Source: Eledone cirrhosa (lineage: Eukaryota). Taken from it: 64,000 nt of DNA. This document shows, piece after piece, positions 61,301 through 64,000 of the stretch. Each line of letters begins with the position of its first letter. The first letter of the stretch is position 1. The translations under genes were made by a program, and so were the position numbers. The notes beneath the pieces were generated by a model. The model was not told the origin of the DNA and searched no databases. It saw nothing but the letters and a program-made list of their open reading frames with translations. The stretch is from contig OZ024744.1 in NCBI GenBank assembly GCA_964016885.1, positions 42,594,001 through 42,658,000 of the forward strand. Reading direction: 5' to 3'.

Positions 61301-64000
61301 TTAGTAACTCTGTCTACAACTGTGTTACTAGTTGGTAATGTAACCATGTTAGTAACTCTGGCTACAACTGTGTTACTAGTTGGTAATGTAACCATGTTAG
61401 TAACTCTGTCTACAACCGTGTTACTAGTTGGTAATGTAACCATGTTAGTAACTCTGGCTACAACTGTGTTACTAGTTGGTAATGTTACTGTTTTAGTTAC
61501 TCTGGCTACAACTGTGTTACTAGTTGGTGAGGTAACTGTTTTAGTTACTCTGGCTACAACAGTGTTACTATTTGGTAATGTTACTGTTTTAGTTACTCTG
61601 GCTACAACTGTGTTACTAGTTGGTAAGGTAACTGTTTTAGTTACTCTGGCTACAACTGTGTTACTATTTGGTAATGTTACGTTTTAGTTACTCTGGCTAC
61701 AACTGTGTTAATAGTTGGTAATGTAACTGTTTTAGTTACTCTGGATACAACTTTGTTACTAGTTGATAATGTAACTGTTTTAGTTACTCTGGATACAACT
61801 GTGTTACTAGTTGGTAATGTAACTATGTTAGTAACTCTGGCTACAACTGTGTTAATAGTTGGAAATGTAAGTGTTTTAGTTTCTCTGGTGACAACTGTGT
61901 TACTAGTTGGTAATGTAATTGTTTTAGTTACTCTGGCTACAACTGTGTTACTAGTTGGTAATGTTACCGTTTTAGTTACTGTAGCTACAATTGTGTTACT
62001 AGTTGGCAATGTAACTCTTTTAGTTACTCTGGCTACAACTGTGTTACTAGTTGGTAATGTAACTGTTTTAGTTACTCTGGATACAACTGTGTTACTAGTT
62101 GGTAATGTAACCATGTTAGTAACTCTGTCTACAACTGTGTTACTAGTTGGTAATGTAACCATGTTAGTAACTCTGGCTACAACTGTGTTACTAGTTGGTA
62201 ATGTAACCATGTTAGTAACTCTGTCTACAACCGTGTTACTAGTTGGTAATGTAACCATGTTAGTAACTCTGGCTACAACTGTGTTACTAGTTGGTAATGT
62301 TACTGTTTTAGTTACTCTGGCTACAACTGTGTTACTAGTTGGTGAGGTAACTGTTTTAGTTACTCTGGCTACAACAGTGTTACTATTTGGTAATGTTACT
62401 GTTTTAGTTACTCTGGCTACAACTGTGTTACTAGTTGGTAAGGTAACTGTTTTAGTTACTCTGGCTACAACTGTGTTACTATTTGGTAATGTTACGTTTT
62501 AGTTACTCTGGCTACAACTGTGTTAATAGTTGGTAATGTAACTGTTTTAGTTACTCTGGATACAACTTTGTTACTAGTTGATAATGTAACTGTTTTAGTT
62601 ACTCTGGATACAACTGTGTTACTAGTTGGTAATGTAACTATGTTAGTAACTCTGGCTACAACTGTGTTAATAGTTGGAAATGTAAGTGTTTTAGTTTCTC
62701 TGGTGACAACTGTGTTACTAGTTGGTAATGTAATTGTTTTAGTTACTCTGGCTACAACTGTGTTACTAGTTGGTAATGTTACCGTTTTAGTTACTGTAGC
62801 TACAATTGTGTTACTAGTTGGCAATGTAACTCTTTTAGTTACTCTGGCTACAACTGTGTTACTAGTTGGTAATGTAACTGTTTTAGTTACTCTGTCTACA
62901 ACTGTGTTACTGTTTGGTAGTGTAACTGATTCAGTTACTCTGGATACAACTGTGTTACTAGTTGATAATGTAATTGTTTTAGTTACTCTGGATACAACTG
63001 TGTTACTAGTTGGTAATGTAACTATGTTAGTAAATCTGGCTACAACTGTGTTAATAGTTGGAAATGTAAGTGTTTTAGTTTCTCTGGTGACAACTGTGTT
63101 ACTAGTTGGTAATGTAACTGTTTTAGTTACTCTGGCTACAACTGTGTTACTAGTTGCTAATGTTACTGTTTTAGTTACTCTAGCTACAATTGTGTTACTA
63201 GTTGGTAATGTAACTCTTTTAGTTACTCTGGCTACAACTGTGTTACTAGTTGGTAATGTAATTGTTTTAGTTAATCTGACCACAAATGTGTTACTAGTTG
63301 GTAATGTTACTGTTTTAGTTACTCTGGCTACAACTGTGTTACTAGTTGGTAATGTAATTGTTTTAGTTAATCTGACCACAAATGTGTTACTAGTTGGTAA
63401 TGTTACTGTTTTAGTTACTCTGGATACAACTGTGTTACTAGTTGGTAATGTTACTGTTTTAGTTACTCTGGCTACAACTGTGTTACTAGTTGGTAATGTA
63501 ACTGTTTTAGTTACTCTGGCTACAACTGTGTTACTAGTTGGTAATGTAACCGTTTTAGTTAATCTGACCCCAACTGTGTTACTAGTTGGTAATGTTACTG
63601 TTTTAGTTAATCTGACCACAAATGTGTTACTAGTTGGTAATGTTACTGTTTTAGTTACTCTGGCTACAACTGTGTTACTAGTGGGTAATGTAATTGTTTT
63701 AGTTAATCTGACCACAAATGTGTTACTAGTTGGTAATGTTACTGTTTTAGTTACTATGGCTACAACTGTGTTACTAGTTGGTATTGTTACTGGTTTAGTT
63801 ACTCTGGCTACAACAGAGTTACTAGTTGGTAATGTAATTGTGTTAGTTAGTCTGGCTACAACTGTGTTACTAGTTGGTAATGTAATTGTTATAGTTACTC
63901 TGGCTACAACCGTTAATATTTGGTAATGTTACTGTTTTAGTTACTTTGGCTACAACTGTGTTACTAGTTGGTAATGTAACTGTTTTAGTTACTCAGGCTA
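58355..64000. repeat. 48-bp minisatellite, >115 copies, runs off the window end
   Basis: Unit actgtgttactagttggtaatgtaactgttttagttactctggctaca. Confidence 0.98.

Noticed and set aside
58228-63926. Long Val/Thr-rich (mucin-like or hydrophobic) ORFs
   Set aside because: Products of a 48-bp repeat; broken by stops (58765, 60724) and duplicated frameshifts (~61680, ~62495)

Overview
Eukaryotic, AT-rich, almost entirely repeat-derived window. The SINE/RTE repertoire and microsatellite load suggest a mollusc, probably an octopus (inference). No host protein-coding gene can be called with confidence; there are only a few splice-bounded candidate exons. Retroelements: five copies of an RTE-clade LINE with (GAT)n tails whose RT region carries an embedded C4HC3 PHD-type finger (one near full length with APE endonuclease, two 5'-truncated with intact 540-550 aa ORFs); a decayed Penelope-like element (RT + GIY-YIG) with a minimal hammerhead ribozyme near its 3' end; several R4/Dong-clade RLE fragments; a CRE-clade fragment; C2H2-tailed RTE ends with a family of short (ATGT)n-tailed non-autonomous derivatives; about 20 tRNA-derived SINEs; a possible solo LTR. 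DNA elements: a mariner fragment, Tc1- and piggyBac-like MITEs, and several non-autonomous Helitron-like elements, two of which form a ~600-bp fold-back around a CTAG-ended hairpin. Also three minisatellite arrays (60, 48 and 48 bp units) and a 200-N gap. Most long ORFs in the track are repeat or antisense artefacts. Boundaries of decayed elements are approximate, read by eye.
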